A stretch of DNA of 63,841 bases, counting the filler, from Chiloscyllium plagiosum (taxonomy: Eukaryota), in NCBI RefSeq assembly GCF_004010195.1. It is 3 parts of one record of this genome, joined end to end, with 100 filler letters (N's around TTAATTAATTAA, not from the genome) between each part and the next. Parts side by side here need not be neighbours in the genome. Positions count along the whole stretch, not along the records: positions 1 to 31,419 come from NC_057712.1; 2 more parts are not named here. The stretch is one strand, 5' to 3'. Positions 12,435-24,876 of the stretch are shown piece by piece. Every line of letters starts with the position of its first letter. Positions within the stretch are counted from its first letter, which is position 1. A program made the position numbers and the translations under genes. The notes under the pieces were generated by a model. The model made no database searches. It was given only the letters and a program-made list of their open reading frames with translations, and had not been told where the DNA came from.

Positions 12435-13482
12435 GTAAGCTGCCTTCTTAGCCCATTGCAGTCCTTGGAAAGGAGTTAGGGAGAGGGACCTTATGTAGAG
12501 ACATTACAGCAAAAGTTGCCTTTGAGTGGTAGTGACAATATTGGACAATGCTGTCCCAGATTCCCAGATTTGTTGTCAGTAGACTTCAATTACAATGGAA
12601 ATTTCAACTACAATGTTATATTATGGATTATTTAACCCCTTCCCCCAAAAAAAAGTGGAATGGGAGGGATTAATCCTGACCATTTTCCTGTGATCACAAC
12701 ATCAAATGGACATTGGTGCTAACTAGTTCAAGGAAAATCCAAGATTGATGTGAGGCAGTACATTACTTGAAAATTACAGGGTTACCTAGTGAAGGCAAAA
12801 ATCCCAGGGTCACTCAGAGATAGTCATTGCGATTACAATGGGAGGGCTGTTAGGCTGGGGCAGGCTGCAGGCTGCAGAGACAGGGAAAAAGCAGGCCGTA
12901 GAAGGATGAAATGAAGCGTTGCCGTGGCCTGCCTTGGGGACAGGAGGAAACATGCAATTGTTGAGTAGTTTTCAGGAGCTCTCACACTGTTGGAGTAGGA
13001 TCAGCTGCAGATGTGCCTGCTTACTTGTCAGGTCACTGAAAGCAGCCAATAAACAGAGCTGATCTGGGTTTCTGAAGAAACTGAGGCAGCAGCTCCTTGC
13101 CAGGTACAATTCATGCTCTAACTCTCCTAACTTTAAGAGGTCGAGCCCCCCCTATTGTGTATCCCATCCTTCATCCCTGACCAGCACCTCCCCCTACCCT
13201 AAGAGCTCACGAAGCAACGCTCCAGGAAATGCAATCACCTCCACAGCTAAACTTTGGGCTTCTCAGTGCATTGGATCATTTCAGGGTGGGACACGCATCT
13301 GTTTTTCACCCCACCCCTCCCCCGCCCCATCCTCCTGCTAGTGCTCCACCTTTCTCCAAGATTGGAGCATCATTTTGAAAGGATTCCAAGCCTTTTGCTG
13401 CAGACCAGAAGCTTGTTTTCTGAATTTCCCGTGCGGACCCCTCCCATTTATCTCTCCATCCTGGAGGCTCACAGTCTCATTC

Positions 13483-13510
13483 CTGATGAAGGGCTCCTGC
13501 CCGAAACATC
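13483..13510 (+). ncRNA. Minimal hammerhead motif (stem III ACAU, probable CpG decay)
   Basis: CUGAUGA-A-GGGC-UCCU-GCCC-GAAA-CAUC. Confidence 0.65.
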
Positions 13511-13808
13511 GATTTTCCTGCTCCTCGGTTACTGCCTGACCTGCTGTGCTTTTCCGGCACCACTCTAATCTTGACTCTGATCTCCAGCATCGGCAGTCCT
13601 CCCTTTCGCCTAGTTGATTTTAACCCGACTGCGAATTCTCTTGCAAGGATGCCTGCCTTGAAGAAGTTCTCCTCCTCTCTCTACAAAGACTTAAGTGAGT
13701 CTGTCTCTCACTGCAACCCCAGGTGATCTCCTCTGCCCTGCAACCTTCTCCCCAGCCCCACCCCCCCTCCCATTTATCCCTCCACCCCATAGGCTCCCAG
13801 CCTCATTC

Positions 13809-13836
13809 CTGATGAAGGGCTTTTGCCCGAAACGTC
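13809..13836 (+). ncRNA. Minimal hammerhead motif, consensus-intact core
   Basis: CUGAUGA-A-GGGC-UUUU-GCCC-GAAA-CGUC. Confidence 0.78.
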
Positions 13837-14116
13837 AATTTTCCTGCTCCTCAGGTATTGCCTGACTTGCTGGCTTTTCCAGCACCACTCTAATCTTGAC
13901 TCCGATCTCCAGCATCTGCAGTCCCCCCTTTCACCTTGTAACATCCATTGCTAACTGACCCTGTAAATCATCTCATTGCTGGCTGCTAATCTCCCAACCT
14001 GGCAGATGCTTCCTTGCGCCTCCTTTCCTGGTGCCCATTGTATCGTTGACCTGTTTTATATGTCTGCCAAGTTTCCTGTCTGGATACCCAGCTGGATTAT
14101 ATGTGGACGAACTCCA

Positions 14117-14129
14117 GGGAGGGGGGGGG

Positions 14130-14163
<34 letters not shown>
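14117..14163 (+). repeat. Poly-G run (G-quadruplex-capable)
   Basis: More than 40 G residues with two interruptions. Confidence 0.8.
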
Positions 14164-14164
<1 letters not shown>

Positions 14165-14695
14165 GCCGATGTGTTCACCGAAAATGAGAGGCTCACTCAC
14201 GTGATGAACTTTCAATCTTTGAGCTGGCCACCTGTCAAGTTTGTAAAATGAAAGCTGCACCCTCACAGTGTAGCCGACAAACCCCAGTCAAATGTGTTTG
14301 ACTTCCTTGAGGACATAGTCGAAGAGTGTGATGCTGGAAAAGCACAGCAGGTCAGGCAGCATCTGAGGAGCAGGAGAGTTGATGTTTTGGGCATAAATAC
14401 TTCATCAGGAGTGTCCTTGAGGACCTTAGCAGCCCGTTGTACTGTGATGTTGGAATGCCATGATGTTTCGAGTATAAGCTCTTTATCAGGACATGGGTGA
14501 AGCTGGCTAGGCAAGCATCCATTGCCTGTCCCTAATTATAAGTCACTAATGCCCTTCCAGGATCTAAATCTGTCATTCTTACCTAGTCTGGCCTTCATGT
14601 GACTCCAGACCCATAGCAACGTGGTTGACTCTTAACAGCTCTCTGGGAAAAGAGGGACAGGCAACAGATACTAGCCTAGCCAGCTTCACCCATTC

Positions 14696-14723
14696 CTGAT
14701 GAAGGGCTTATGCCTGAAACGTC
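14696..14723 (+). ncRNA. Minimal hammerhead motif in a PLE repeat (inverted partner at 14320-14410)
   Basis: AUUC-CUGAUGA-A-GGGC-UUAU-GCCU-GAAA-CGUC-GAUU. Confidence 0.68.
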
Positions 14724-14860
14724 GATTCTCCTGCTCCTCGGATGCTCCCTAACCTGCTGTGCTGGAATCGTAATGTCACTGAGACAACTTTCTGGGGACT
14801 GGGTTCAAGCCCCATTCATGGCAGCTGGTGAAATCTGAATTCAGTAAGCTCTGGGGAATT

Positions 14861-15108
14861 GGCATGGTGGCTCAGTGGCTGGCACTGCTACCTCACAGCA
14901 CTCGGGACCTGTATTCGATTCTGGCCTCCGGCAACTGCCTGTTTGGAGTTTGCAGGTTCTCCCTGTGTCTGTGTTCCAGTTTCCTCCTACAGTCCAAAGA
15001 TGTGCAGGTTACATGGATTCTCCATGCTTAATGGAGGACTCTGGGCAGATGCTCTTCAGTGCAGACTTGATGGGCTGAATGGCTTCTATCTGCACTGTAG
15101 AGACTCCA
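14861..15108 (+). mobile_element. HE1-type SINE, internally deleted, nested in another SINE (14770-14850 and 15120-15330)
   Basis: ggcatggtggctcagtgg head and ttcgattc B box. Confidence 0.8.
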
Positions 15109-15799
15109 CAGAACATAGATCTGGTCTCCCGGTGACCTTGTAGCCATTTTCAGAGAAATCCATCTAATTCTAGGTAACTAATGCCCTTCATGAATCTAAG
15201 TCTGCCATTTTTGCCTAGTATGGCCTTCATTTAACCCCTGATCTGTAGCAACGTGGTTGATTCTTAACAGCCCTCTGGGAAATTAGGGACAGGCAACAGA
15301 TACTAGCCTAGCCAGCATTGCACACAAATGAAACAAAACAGTTTTGCTTCCTTTTCACCTCACTGATTTTGTTGGAGGGAGGGGAGTAGGATTGAGGGGG
15401 AAGAGGTGCAGTCTTGCCTTCTGCCCCTCCCTTTAATTTGTTGACTTTGATCGTCTGATTTGATTACTTATGTCAGCTCCTGGCAATGGTTTTCTGCTGT
15501 TTGCTGAAGACAGCCCACCAGAAAGATTGACTTGGCTTGCTCAGTTTCAGATCCTTTAGCATCCAGTGTGCAACATTTCAGAGAATACTGTTGCAGCATT
15601 GACATCCTATTAACTGTTGTGAACCGTCAGATCCCATGGTGTCAGAGTAGGTTTGGTTTGAGCATGTACCACTGGATATGTGTCACTGGTTGTCAGCTTT
15701 AGTTCAGTGATATCTGTCTCACCTCTCAATCGAAGGCTGTAGCTCAAGAGACTTGACTGCAGAATCTAGGTTAATGCTTCAGTGTGCTACCAACAATGT

Positions 15800-15962
15800 G
15801 CTGCCTATCTCCCTGTCCACTATCTACAAGACACAAGTCAGGAGTGTGATGGAATACTCCCCACTTACCTGGATGGATGCAGCTCCAACAATACTCAAGC
15901 ATCTTGACACCATCCAGGATAAAGCAGCTCACTTGATTGGCACCACATCCACATTCACTTCC
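15800..15962 (+). mobile_element. LINE ORF2 3' fragment (CR1/L2-like group; same family at 48070-49100 and 20300-20470)
   Basis: LSTIYKTQVRSVMEYSPLTWMDAAPT..KHLDTIQDKAAHLIG. Confidence 0.7.
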
Positions 15963-16116
15963 GCCACATAAAGCAAAATACTATAGATCCTAGAAACCTG
16001 AAACTACTGCAGAGAGTGCTGGAGAAACTCAACAGGTCTGGCAGTATCTAAACTTCTGAAGATGATAGAACTCCACACAGACAGTCACCCGAGGGTGGAA
16101 TCAAACCTGGGTTCCT

Positions 16117-16408
16117 GGCACGGTGGCTCAGTGGTTGGCATTGCAGGCTCATGGTGCCAGGAACCCAGGTTCGATTCTACCCTCGGGTGACTGTCTGTGT
16201 GGAGTTTGCACAGCCTCACCATGTCTCCTCCAGGTGCTCCAGTTTCATCCCACTATCCAAAGATGTGCAGGTTAGGTAGGTTGGCCATGGCAAATGCAGA
16301 GTTACAGGGTTTCAGTTGGGCCTGAGTTGGATGCACATCAGAAGGTGGGTGTGATTCAATGGACCGAATAGCCTGCTTCCACACTGTAAGGAAATCTATA
16401 ATTCTATG
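16117..16408 (+). mobile_element. HE1-type SINE preceded by an inverted duplication of its own 5' region
   Basis: ggcacggtggctcagtgg head and ggttcgattc B box; 16069-16121 is the reverse complement of 16154-16206. Confidence 0.88.
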
Positions 16409-16519
16409 AATCATACTGGACTCAGAACATTTGCTAGGTTTCTCGCTCCATAACATATCAGAGCAGAATTAGGCCAATCGATCCATCAAGTCTGCTCTGC
16501 TTTTTGATCATGGCTGATA

Positions 16520-17095
16520 CATAGAACATAGAACATAGAAAAATACAGCGCAGTACAGGCCCTTTGGCCCTTGATGTTGCGCTGATCCAAGCCCACCTAA
16601 CCTACACTAGCCCACTATCCTCCATATGCCTATCCATGCCCGTTTAAATCCCCATAAAGAGGCAGAGTCCACCACTGCTACTGGCAGGGCATTCCATGAA
16701 CTCACGACTCGCTGAGTAAAGAATCTACCCCTAACATCTGTCCGATACCTACCACCCCTTAATTTAAATATGCCCCTCGCAATAGCTGACTCCATACGTG
16801 GAAAAAGGTTCTCATGGTCAACCCTATCTAAACCCCTAATCATCTTGTACACCTCTATCAAGTCACCCCTAAACCTTCTTTTCTCCAATGAAAACAGCCC
16901 CAATTGCCTCAGCCTTTCCTCATACGATCTTTCTACCATACCAGGCAACATCCTGGTAACCCTCCTCTGCACCCGTTCCAGTGCCTCCACATCCTTCCTA
17001 TAGTATGGCGACCAAAACTGCACACAATACTCCAGATGCGGCAGCGCCAGAGTCTTATACAACTACAACATGACTTCAGGACTCCGGAACTCAAT
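16520..17095 (-). mobile_element. Young 5'-truncated CR1 LINE
   Basis: Open ORF 16607-17062 (YKTLALPHLEYCVQFWSPYYRKDVEALERVQRR...FFTQRVV) and (catagaa)n tail. Confidence 0.92.
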
Positions 17096-17109
17096 TCCGA
17101 AACTCAATT

Positions 17110-20100
17110 TCACAACTCTATTTTCCTGCCTTCCCTTTGATCCCGTTATCAATCAAGAACCTGTTTATCTCTGTCTTAAATACACTAAATTACTTGATCT
17201 CCATAGCCTTCTGCAACAATGATTTCCACAGATTCGCCACACCGTGGGAGGCACGGTGGGTGGGCAGCACAGTGGCACAGTGGTTAGCACTGCTGCCTCA
17301 CAGCGCCAGAGACCCGGTTCAATTCCCGCCTCAGGCGACTGACTGTGTGGAGTTTGCATGTTCTCCCCGTGTCTGCGTGGGTTTCCTCACACAATCCAAA
17401 AATGTGCAGGTTAGGTGAATTGGCCATGCTAAATTGCCCGTAGTGTTAGATAAGGGGTAAATGTAGGGGTATGGGTGGGTTGCAGTTCGGCGGGTCGGTG
17501 TGGACTTGTTGGGCTGAAGGGCCTGTTTCCACACTGTAAGTAATCTAATCTAAAAAAAACTCTAAACTCTGGCTGAAGAAATTCCTTCTCATCTCAGTTC
17601 AAAAGGGTCACCCCTTCACTCTGACGCTGTACCTTCCGATCCCTCTCTCTCCTATTATTGGAAACATCTTCTCCATGTCCACTCCATCTAGGCCTCTCAG
17701 TATTTTGTAGGTTTTAATCAGATCCCCCCCCATATCCTTCTAAACTCCATCAATTGCAGACCCAGAGTCCTCACCCACTCCTCATATACCAAGCCTTTCA
17801 TCACTGGGAACATTCCTGCCAACCTCCTCTGGACCCCCTCCAACACCAATACATCTTTGCTTAGATACAGGGCCCAAAACTACCCACAATATTCGAAATG
17901 AAGTCTGACCAGAGCCTTATACAGCCTCAGCAATACATTTCTGCTTGTTTTCTAGCCCTCTTGAAATGAATACTGACATTGCATTTGCCTTTCTAACTGC
18001 CAACTTAACCTGAAGAGAATTCTGAAGTAGAGCTCATAAGTCCCTTTGTGCATCAGATTTCTGAAGCCTTTCCCAATTTGGTAAATAGTCCACACCCCTA
18101 TTTTTCCTACCAAAGTGCATAACCCCATACTTTCCCATATTATATTTCATCTGTCACTCATTGCCGACTCTCCTTGTCCATCCAAGTCCTCCTGCAGCCT
18201 CTCTGCTTCCTCACTACGACCTGTCCCTGCGCGTACCTTTGTATCGTCTGCAAACTTAGCAACATTGCCCTCAGTTCCTTCATCCAGACCGTTAATGTAT
18301 AACATGGATAGTCATGGTTTCAGCAATGACCATTGGAAATCCACTAGTCATGATCTGCCATCTTGAAAAAGTCCCTTTTATCACTGCTCTCAGCCATTTG
18401 CCAATCAGTCAATCTTCTATCCACCGCTTACCTCACCGCTAAGACCAAGGGGTTTTATATTTTTAATAGCTTTTTGAGCAGCAGTTTGTCAAAAGCCTTC
18501 TGGAAATCCAAATACATCATGTCCATTGGCTCTCCTTAGACTAACATACTCTTTACCTCCTCAAATATTTCTAACAGATCTGTCAGGCATACCGTCTCTT
18601 TGGTGAAACTGTGCTGACTCAGCTCTATTTCACCATGCACTTTCAAGTACTCTGCAATCTCATCCTTAATAATGAACTCCAAAATCTTACCAATGACCAA
18701 GGTTAGGCGAACCAGCCTGACGTTTTCAATCTTCTGCTACCCTTCCTTAAAGATGGGTGTTACATTAGCTCTTTTCCAATATTCTAGGACCCTCCCTGAT
18801 TCCAGTGATTCCCAAAAGATCACCATAAATGCCTTCACAATCTTCTCAGCTATTTCCTTCAGGACCCTGTGGTGTAGTCCATCTGCTCCAGGTTATGTAT
18901 CCACCTTCAGATGTTTCAGCTTCCTCAGCATCTTCTCCTTAGCGATAGCCAAAAGACTCACCTCTGCTCCCAGCTCTGTTGAAGATTTGGTATGCTCCTG
19001 ATGTATTACATGATGAAGTTTAACCAAAGTACCTATCAAGTTCCACCGCCATTTCTTTGCTCCTCATTCTTACTTCTCCATCTTCATTTTCCTGCAGTCC
19101 AATGTTCAGTCTTGCCTCTCTCTTAGCTTTTATATGTCAAAAACTCTTGCAATCTCCTTTTATATTATTGGCTAGCTTACCCTCATATTTCGTTGTCTCC
19201 CCTTTACTGTTTTTTTAGTTATCCTCTGCTGGCTTTTAAAGGCTGCCCAAATCTTTGGCTTCTCACTAAAATTCAACGCATTATATACTTTTTTGCTTTT
19301 ATGCTGCCCCTGACTTCCCATGTCAGCCATGGTTACCTCGTCCTCTATTTGATATGTTTTGTCTTCCTTGGGATGAATGTCTGCTGTGCCTCCCAAATTA
19401 CCCTCAAAATCTCCTGCCATTACTGCTCCACCATGTTCCTTGTTAGGCTTCCCTTTCGATCAACTCTGGCCAGCTCCTTCCCCGTGCCTTTGTAGCTCCC
19501 TTTACTCAGTTGTGATATCATTGCAGCTTCTTCCTCTCAAACTGCAGGGTGAATTCTATCATATTATAGTCACTGGCCCCGAGGGGTTCCTTCACTTTAA
19601 GTTCCTTAATCTAGTCTGCCTCATTATACATCATCAAATTCAGAATTGCCTCTCCTCTAGTGGGCTCCACCACAAGCTGTTCCAAAAAAAAACCATCTCA
19701 TAGATATTCCACAAATTCCTTTTCTTTGGATCCGCTGCCAACCTGATTTTCCCAGTCCAGCTGCATATCGAAGTCTCCCATGATTATGGCAATCGTTCCT
19801 TTCTTAAATGCCTTTTCTATCTCCTGATTATTTCCTGTCCCACTTCCTGACCACTACTAGGAGGCCTGTACACAAATCCCATCAGGGTCTTTGTTCCTTT
19901 GCGGTTCCTCAACTCTACCCACACAGATCCTATGCCATCCGACTCCAAATCATTTCTTGCTATTTAATTTCTTACCTGCAAGGCAGCCCCGTCCATCTAC
20001 CCACCTTCCTGTCTTTTCGATAGGACCCATGTCCTTGCATTATGGTCATTGGGCCTTAAGGGTTCCTTCATCTTGAACTACCAAATCAAGTCTGTCTCGT

Positions 20101-20280
20101 TGCACATCACCAAATCCAGAATTTAATTCCCATCGCTGATCTCCTAGCAGTCACTTCTCTGTGATACCTTCAACATTGTACCGCCAATTCTAATCTGTAC
20201 TATAAGCTCTTGTTTAGGTACATCAGCCCCAGTTCTGCATTGACACATAGTTGTTCCCCTTCTGCTCTACCTGAAGTTAG
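17110..20280 (-). mobile_element. Long degenerate CR1 LINE (APE to RT and 3' end; tail continues at 16460-16518) with nested HE1 SINE at 17262-17553
   Basis: Reverse-strand RT hallmark gtcaaaagccttctggaaatccaaatacatc (DV.YLDFQKAFDK) at about 18490; APE-like GDFDMQLDW at about 19770. Confidence 0.8.
17262..17553 (+). mobile_element. Young HE1-type SINE
   Basis: gcacagtggcacagtggttagcactgctgcctcac head, ggttcaattccc B box, (taatc)n tail. Confidence 0.92.
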
Positions 20281-20479
20281 AGTCCTGAACCACTTGCAAT
20301 ATCCCTCCAAGCCACTCAGTATCCTGATTTGGAAATATTATCACAGCGCCTTCACTGTTCCTGGGTTGAAATAATGGAATTCGCTTCCTAACAACATCAT
20401 GGTCGGGGTATCTAGAAATGGGCAATAAATGCTGGCCCAGTCAGTGACACTCACACCTCATGAAGAAGTGAAATATGAA

Positions 20480-20795
20480 GCACAGTCTTTGAATGAGATG
20501 TAATGACCACGGCTCCATCTACCCTTCCAATGGACATTAAAAGAATTTCAGGACATTATTTGAAAGAACAGCATGGGAATTCTCTGCAGCTCCATGTCTA
20601 TCAACGTCCATCAAAAAAAAGGTGATCGAGTCATTCCCACATTGCTCCTTGACAGAGCTTGCTGTACACATGCAAACTGGCTACTGCACTTTCTCCATTA
20701 AATCAGTGACTAGCCCATTTCCAAAAAAAAACTTGATTAGTCATAAAACACTTGTGACATCCTTAGGTTGTGAAAGAGGCATTATAAATGAATGT
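20480..20795 (+). mobile_element. Deu-domain SINE remnant (SacSINE1/AmnSINE1-like); further copies at 25875-26420 (-), 51490-51640 plus 53185-53290 (+)
   Basis: gtctttgaatgagatgtaa...ggacattaaaaga...gagcttgctgtacac...gttgtgaaagaggcattataaatg resembles the Deu domain and tail as I recall them. Confidence 0.55.
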
Positions 20796-20799
20796 TCAC

Positions 20800-23680
20800 T
20801 AGAACAGGCAGAATTGGAAAGAGATGAAAATAGAATATGAGAATACAAATTAGTCAGCGATCCAAAAACAGACTGTAGGGTTAATCACCAGGATAGAAAC
20901 TGGAGGAAGGTAGCTAAAATAAACATTGCTCCCTTAAATGCAGAGACAGGAGAAATTATCATGAGGAGAAAGCAGTGATGTTGAACAAATATTTTGTGTC
21001 TGTCTTCACTGTAGAATACAGAAATTACATATCAGAAATAGCATGTAATCAAGAGGCTAATAAGAGAGATTTAATTAGGTAGTTAATGTCAGCAGAGAAA
21101 AAGAACTGGAGAAGCTCACAGGATCATAGGCTGGATAACGTACATCTTGCAATCCAAAAGAGATACTTGTAGAGACAGAATATGTATTGGTTATGATTTT
21201 CCAAAATTCACTAGACATGAGAGTAATCCCAATTGATTGGAACACTGATATCCACAAAGAAGAGAGACGTAAGTCAGGAACTACTGGTCAGTTAACCTTA
21301 GTCACTGGGAAAATGCTGAAACTGATTATTAAGGATGTCTTAACAATGCATCAGGAATACCGTAGTGTGATGAGACAAAGAGTTTATTGAGAATATAACA
21401 AGTAAGGTAAGTAAATGTGGACTAACAGAGTAACTACATTTGCAAATGACCTTTGACAAGATACCATACAGTCTAAAACGCAAGATAAGGGTGCATGGAG
21501 TTGAGGGGAAAGTATTAGAGGATTGCATAACAGACCAGAAGCAGACAGGAGGGAAAAATAGACAATTTCAAGCTGACAGGAGATAACAAGTGAAGTGTTA
21601 CAAAGTTCAGTACTGGTGTCCCATCTACTTACAACCTATGCACATAACATTGAAGAAGAGACTGAGACCAATGTATATTAGTTTATTACCAATGTAAAGT
21701 GAGCTGGTATAAACTGTGTGGCACTGTAAATAGAAATAAGCAAGTTAAGTAAATGGATAATTGATGGGGATTAATACTACACATGAGAGTTTATTAAGTC
21801 TGGTCACAAGGATAGAAAAACAGAATTTTTTTTAAAGGCATGAAACTTGTATATGTCGATGGACCAATAGACTTGGGTGAACATGTGCAATGAATACCGA
21901 AGGTCAGCAAGAAGGTGCAGCAAGCAATTAGGGAGGCCAATGACATGTTGGATGTTTTTGCCAGGGAAATAGATAAATAAAAAAAACACTCCTCTATAAT
22001 TGTATGGATTTAGGTGGTCGCATCTAGAATACTTTGTGCAATTTGATCTTCATATTTAAGGGCAGTGTGTACTTGTATTGAAGGTTGTAGCCATGAGAGT
22101 TCACTGGGTTGGATCCTGGGATGATAGACTGAGTAAATGGGATCGACTCTGAAATTTAGAAAAACATCATAATATGATGAGGCAAGGGAAAAGGAAATCA
22201 TGTCTGATTAATTTATCAAAGGTTTTGAGGAGGTCGGAACCAGAGTAGACAGAGGGAAGCCAGTTGATGTGCTGTATTTTGACTTCCAGAAGGTATTGGA
22301 CAAGGTATCACTCTAAAGACTAAATCATAAGATAAGAGCTGACAGTGCTGCATACAGCATACTAGGAAGGAGAGAGAATTGGCTAATGGGCCAGAAACAC
22401 CTAGTGGAGAGAAGAATTTCTTTTCGACGTTGGAAACCTGTAACCAGTGGGGTTCCACAGGGACCAATGCTGAGACCATAGCTATGTACAATATTTATGA
22501 ATGACTTGGAGGAATCAAGTGAATATCCTGTAGCCAAGGTGAGTCACAGGGGGGATGCAGCTGACAGAGAGGTATTGATAGGTTATGTAAGTGGGCAAAA
22601 CGTTGGCAAATGGAGTATCATTTGGAAAAATGTTCTCAATTTTAGAAGTGAAAACAGAAAAAAAATGTGTTAATTAAATGGAGACAAACTGCAACACAAA
22701 GGGATTTGGGGCACTTGTGTAAGAAACACAGAAAGCTAGCACGCAGATGCAGCAGGTAATTGGGATGGTAAATGGAATGTTGCTCCTTATTTCAAGGGAG
22801 TTGGGAAGAGTAGGGAAGTCTTATTTAAGGGCAGATATTATTTCACATGAGGCAGTTCAACAAAGGTTCAGAAGGGTGATCCCTGGTATGGAGAGATTGT
22901 CTTATGAGCAAAGGTTAAACAGGGTTGGCACTTCTCTCGGTGGAGTTTAGAAGAATGGGAGGTGATCTCATTGAAACCTATCGAGATTCTTAAAGGACTC
23001 GACAGGGTAAGGATGATACCCTCACGGGAGAGTCCAGGACCAGTCAGCAGAGTATTAGAATAACAGGATGCCAATTTAAGACTAAGATGAAGAGTAATTT
23101 CTTCTCTCAGAAAGTTGTGAGTTTTTGGAACTCCTTGCCACAGAGAGCTGTGAGGGCAAAGTCATTGTGTATAACACAAACTTAGATAGATTCTTAATCA
23201 GCAGATGAATCAAGGGTGATGGGGAAGTGATAGGAAACTGGACATGAGAAGCATCAGATCCGAATGGCCTACTCCTGTTCCTTTCTTGTGATCTTACAGA
23301 GTAGTGATTTCATTGAAAAAGGCAAGATTCTGAAGGGGCTTGACAGTGGAGACAGTGAGGCATTGTTTCTCCTGACTGGGGAATCGAAGATAAGGGGACA
23401 CCATTTCAGAATAAGGAGTCTGTCGTTTAGGACCAAATTGAGGAGAAGTTTCTTCACTCAAAGAATTGTGAATCTTTGGACTTCTCAACCCCAGAAGGTT
23501 TTGGATTCTCTGTCATTGAACATCTTTAAGATTGAAATAGATGCATTTCCAGTGTCTGGGGGAATTCAGGGAATATGGGAAGCAGGTGGGAAAGCTGTGT
23601 TAAGACAGAAGATCAGCAATGATCATTTTGAATAATGAAGCTCATTGACTGTCTCCTTCTGTCCTCATTTCTTATGTTCT
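20800..23680 (+). mobile_element. Cluster of degenerate CR1 LINE fragments (20800-22180, 22215-23290, 23325-23680)
   Basis: gatgtgctgtattttgacttccagaagg (DVLYFDFQK), agtggggttccacaggga (SGVPQG), FRTKLRRSFFTQRIVNLW. Confidence 0.8.
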
Positions 23681-24050
23681 CGCTCTCTTAACTGTCTCCA
23701 ATAGAGAAGCCCCCAATGAAAACTCCCTTCTTTCTCCCTCTGCAGCAGACCTCTCTGGTCATTTCTCCCATAACCTTTTGGAAACATTACTTAATTGACT
23801 GAAGAAGTGCTGGCAATGCAACATAGATTGCCACAGCACCACGATATCCAATAGTGTTATAGGAATAGAAGGAGAAGTATGCAAGCAGATATATGAAACG
23901 AACATAGCAAAATATAGAATTATAATTGCGAAAGATTCAAACTACCCCAGAATAAAACAGAAGGGAGATGCAGTGAAAGCAGAGAAATGGTTGGGAGTTT
24001 TAATGCTGTGTATGAGGCTTCATCTGACTCAACTGTTACACAAAGAAGGA

Positions 24051-24255
24051 AAAAGTGAGGTCTGCTGATGCTGGACATCAGAGTTGAGACTGTGTTGCTG
24101 GAAAAGCACAGCAGGTCAGGCAGCATCCAAGGAGCAGGCGAATCGATGTTTCAGGCCAGAGCCCTTCATCAGAATCATCAGAAACATCAATTCTCCTGCT
24201 CCTTGGATGCTACCTGACCTGCTGTGCTTTTCCAGCAACACACTCTCAACTCTGC
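24051..24255. mobile_element. Inverted pair of PLE terminal repeats, decayed hammerhead on the - strand (24143-24171)
   Basis: Arms are mutually reverse-complementary; cccttcatcag core. Confidence 0.75.
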
Positions 24256-24876
24256 TACACAAAGAAGCCCAACAAGGGAAGACCCCCCAAAAAGTCCTAG
24301 TAATTGTAATGAGAAAAGTAAATCTGGAATAACAATCAGTAAATACTGATTACATTATCATAAGGTTTACGTTAATAATTGAGAGGGATTTGGGAAGTGC
24401 AAAAAACAATAGATTTTAAAAAGTTAAATATATTAGAAGGAATATGGAAATTAAGTAAGGAATGTAGGGTCAACTGTGCGATATGCAGTTTTGATTTCTC
24501 TTTCTGAAAGGGCAAAATTCCATTCAAAGTAGTTCAGTAGAAGTTCACTCAACTGATTCCTGGCATGAAGTGACTATCCTGTGAGGAAACTTTGGCAAGT
24601 TGTATCTGTACCCATTGAAGTTTAGAGGAATGAGGGGTAACCTTTTTGCAATAGATAAGAAGCTGAGATGCTGAAGGGACTCAACAAGGCAAATATTGGA
24701 AGAACGATGACCTTGCTTGTGACAGACATTAGAACAAGCAGATATGGTTTAAATTAACGATTTTCTCAGAAGGTTGTGTGCCTGTGGAACTCTCTTCCCC
24801 AAAGAGTGATCTAGGCAGGATCATTTGAAGACAAAGTTAAGTAGATTCTTGACTGACAGGGGAGTCAAATTTTATG

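Larger units (their letters stand above)
13150..13935 (+). mobile_element. PLE partial tandem: terminal repeat - ORF start - terminal repeat, each repeat carrying a hammerhead motif
   Basis: Direct repeats at about 13440-13610 and 13767-13935. The spacer has ATG at 13649 (MPALKKFSSSLYKDLSES). Confidence 0.8.

Noticed and set aside
13973..14266. Poly-Pro / poly-Gly ORFs
   Set aside because: Caused by the poly-G run, whose length may itself be a sequencing artefact.
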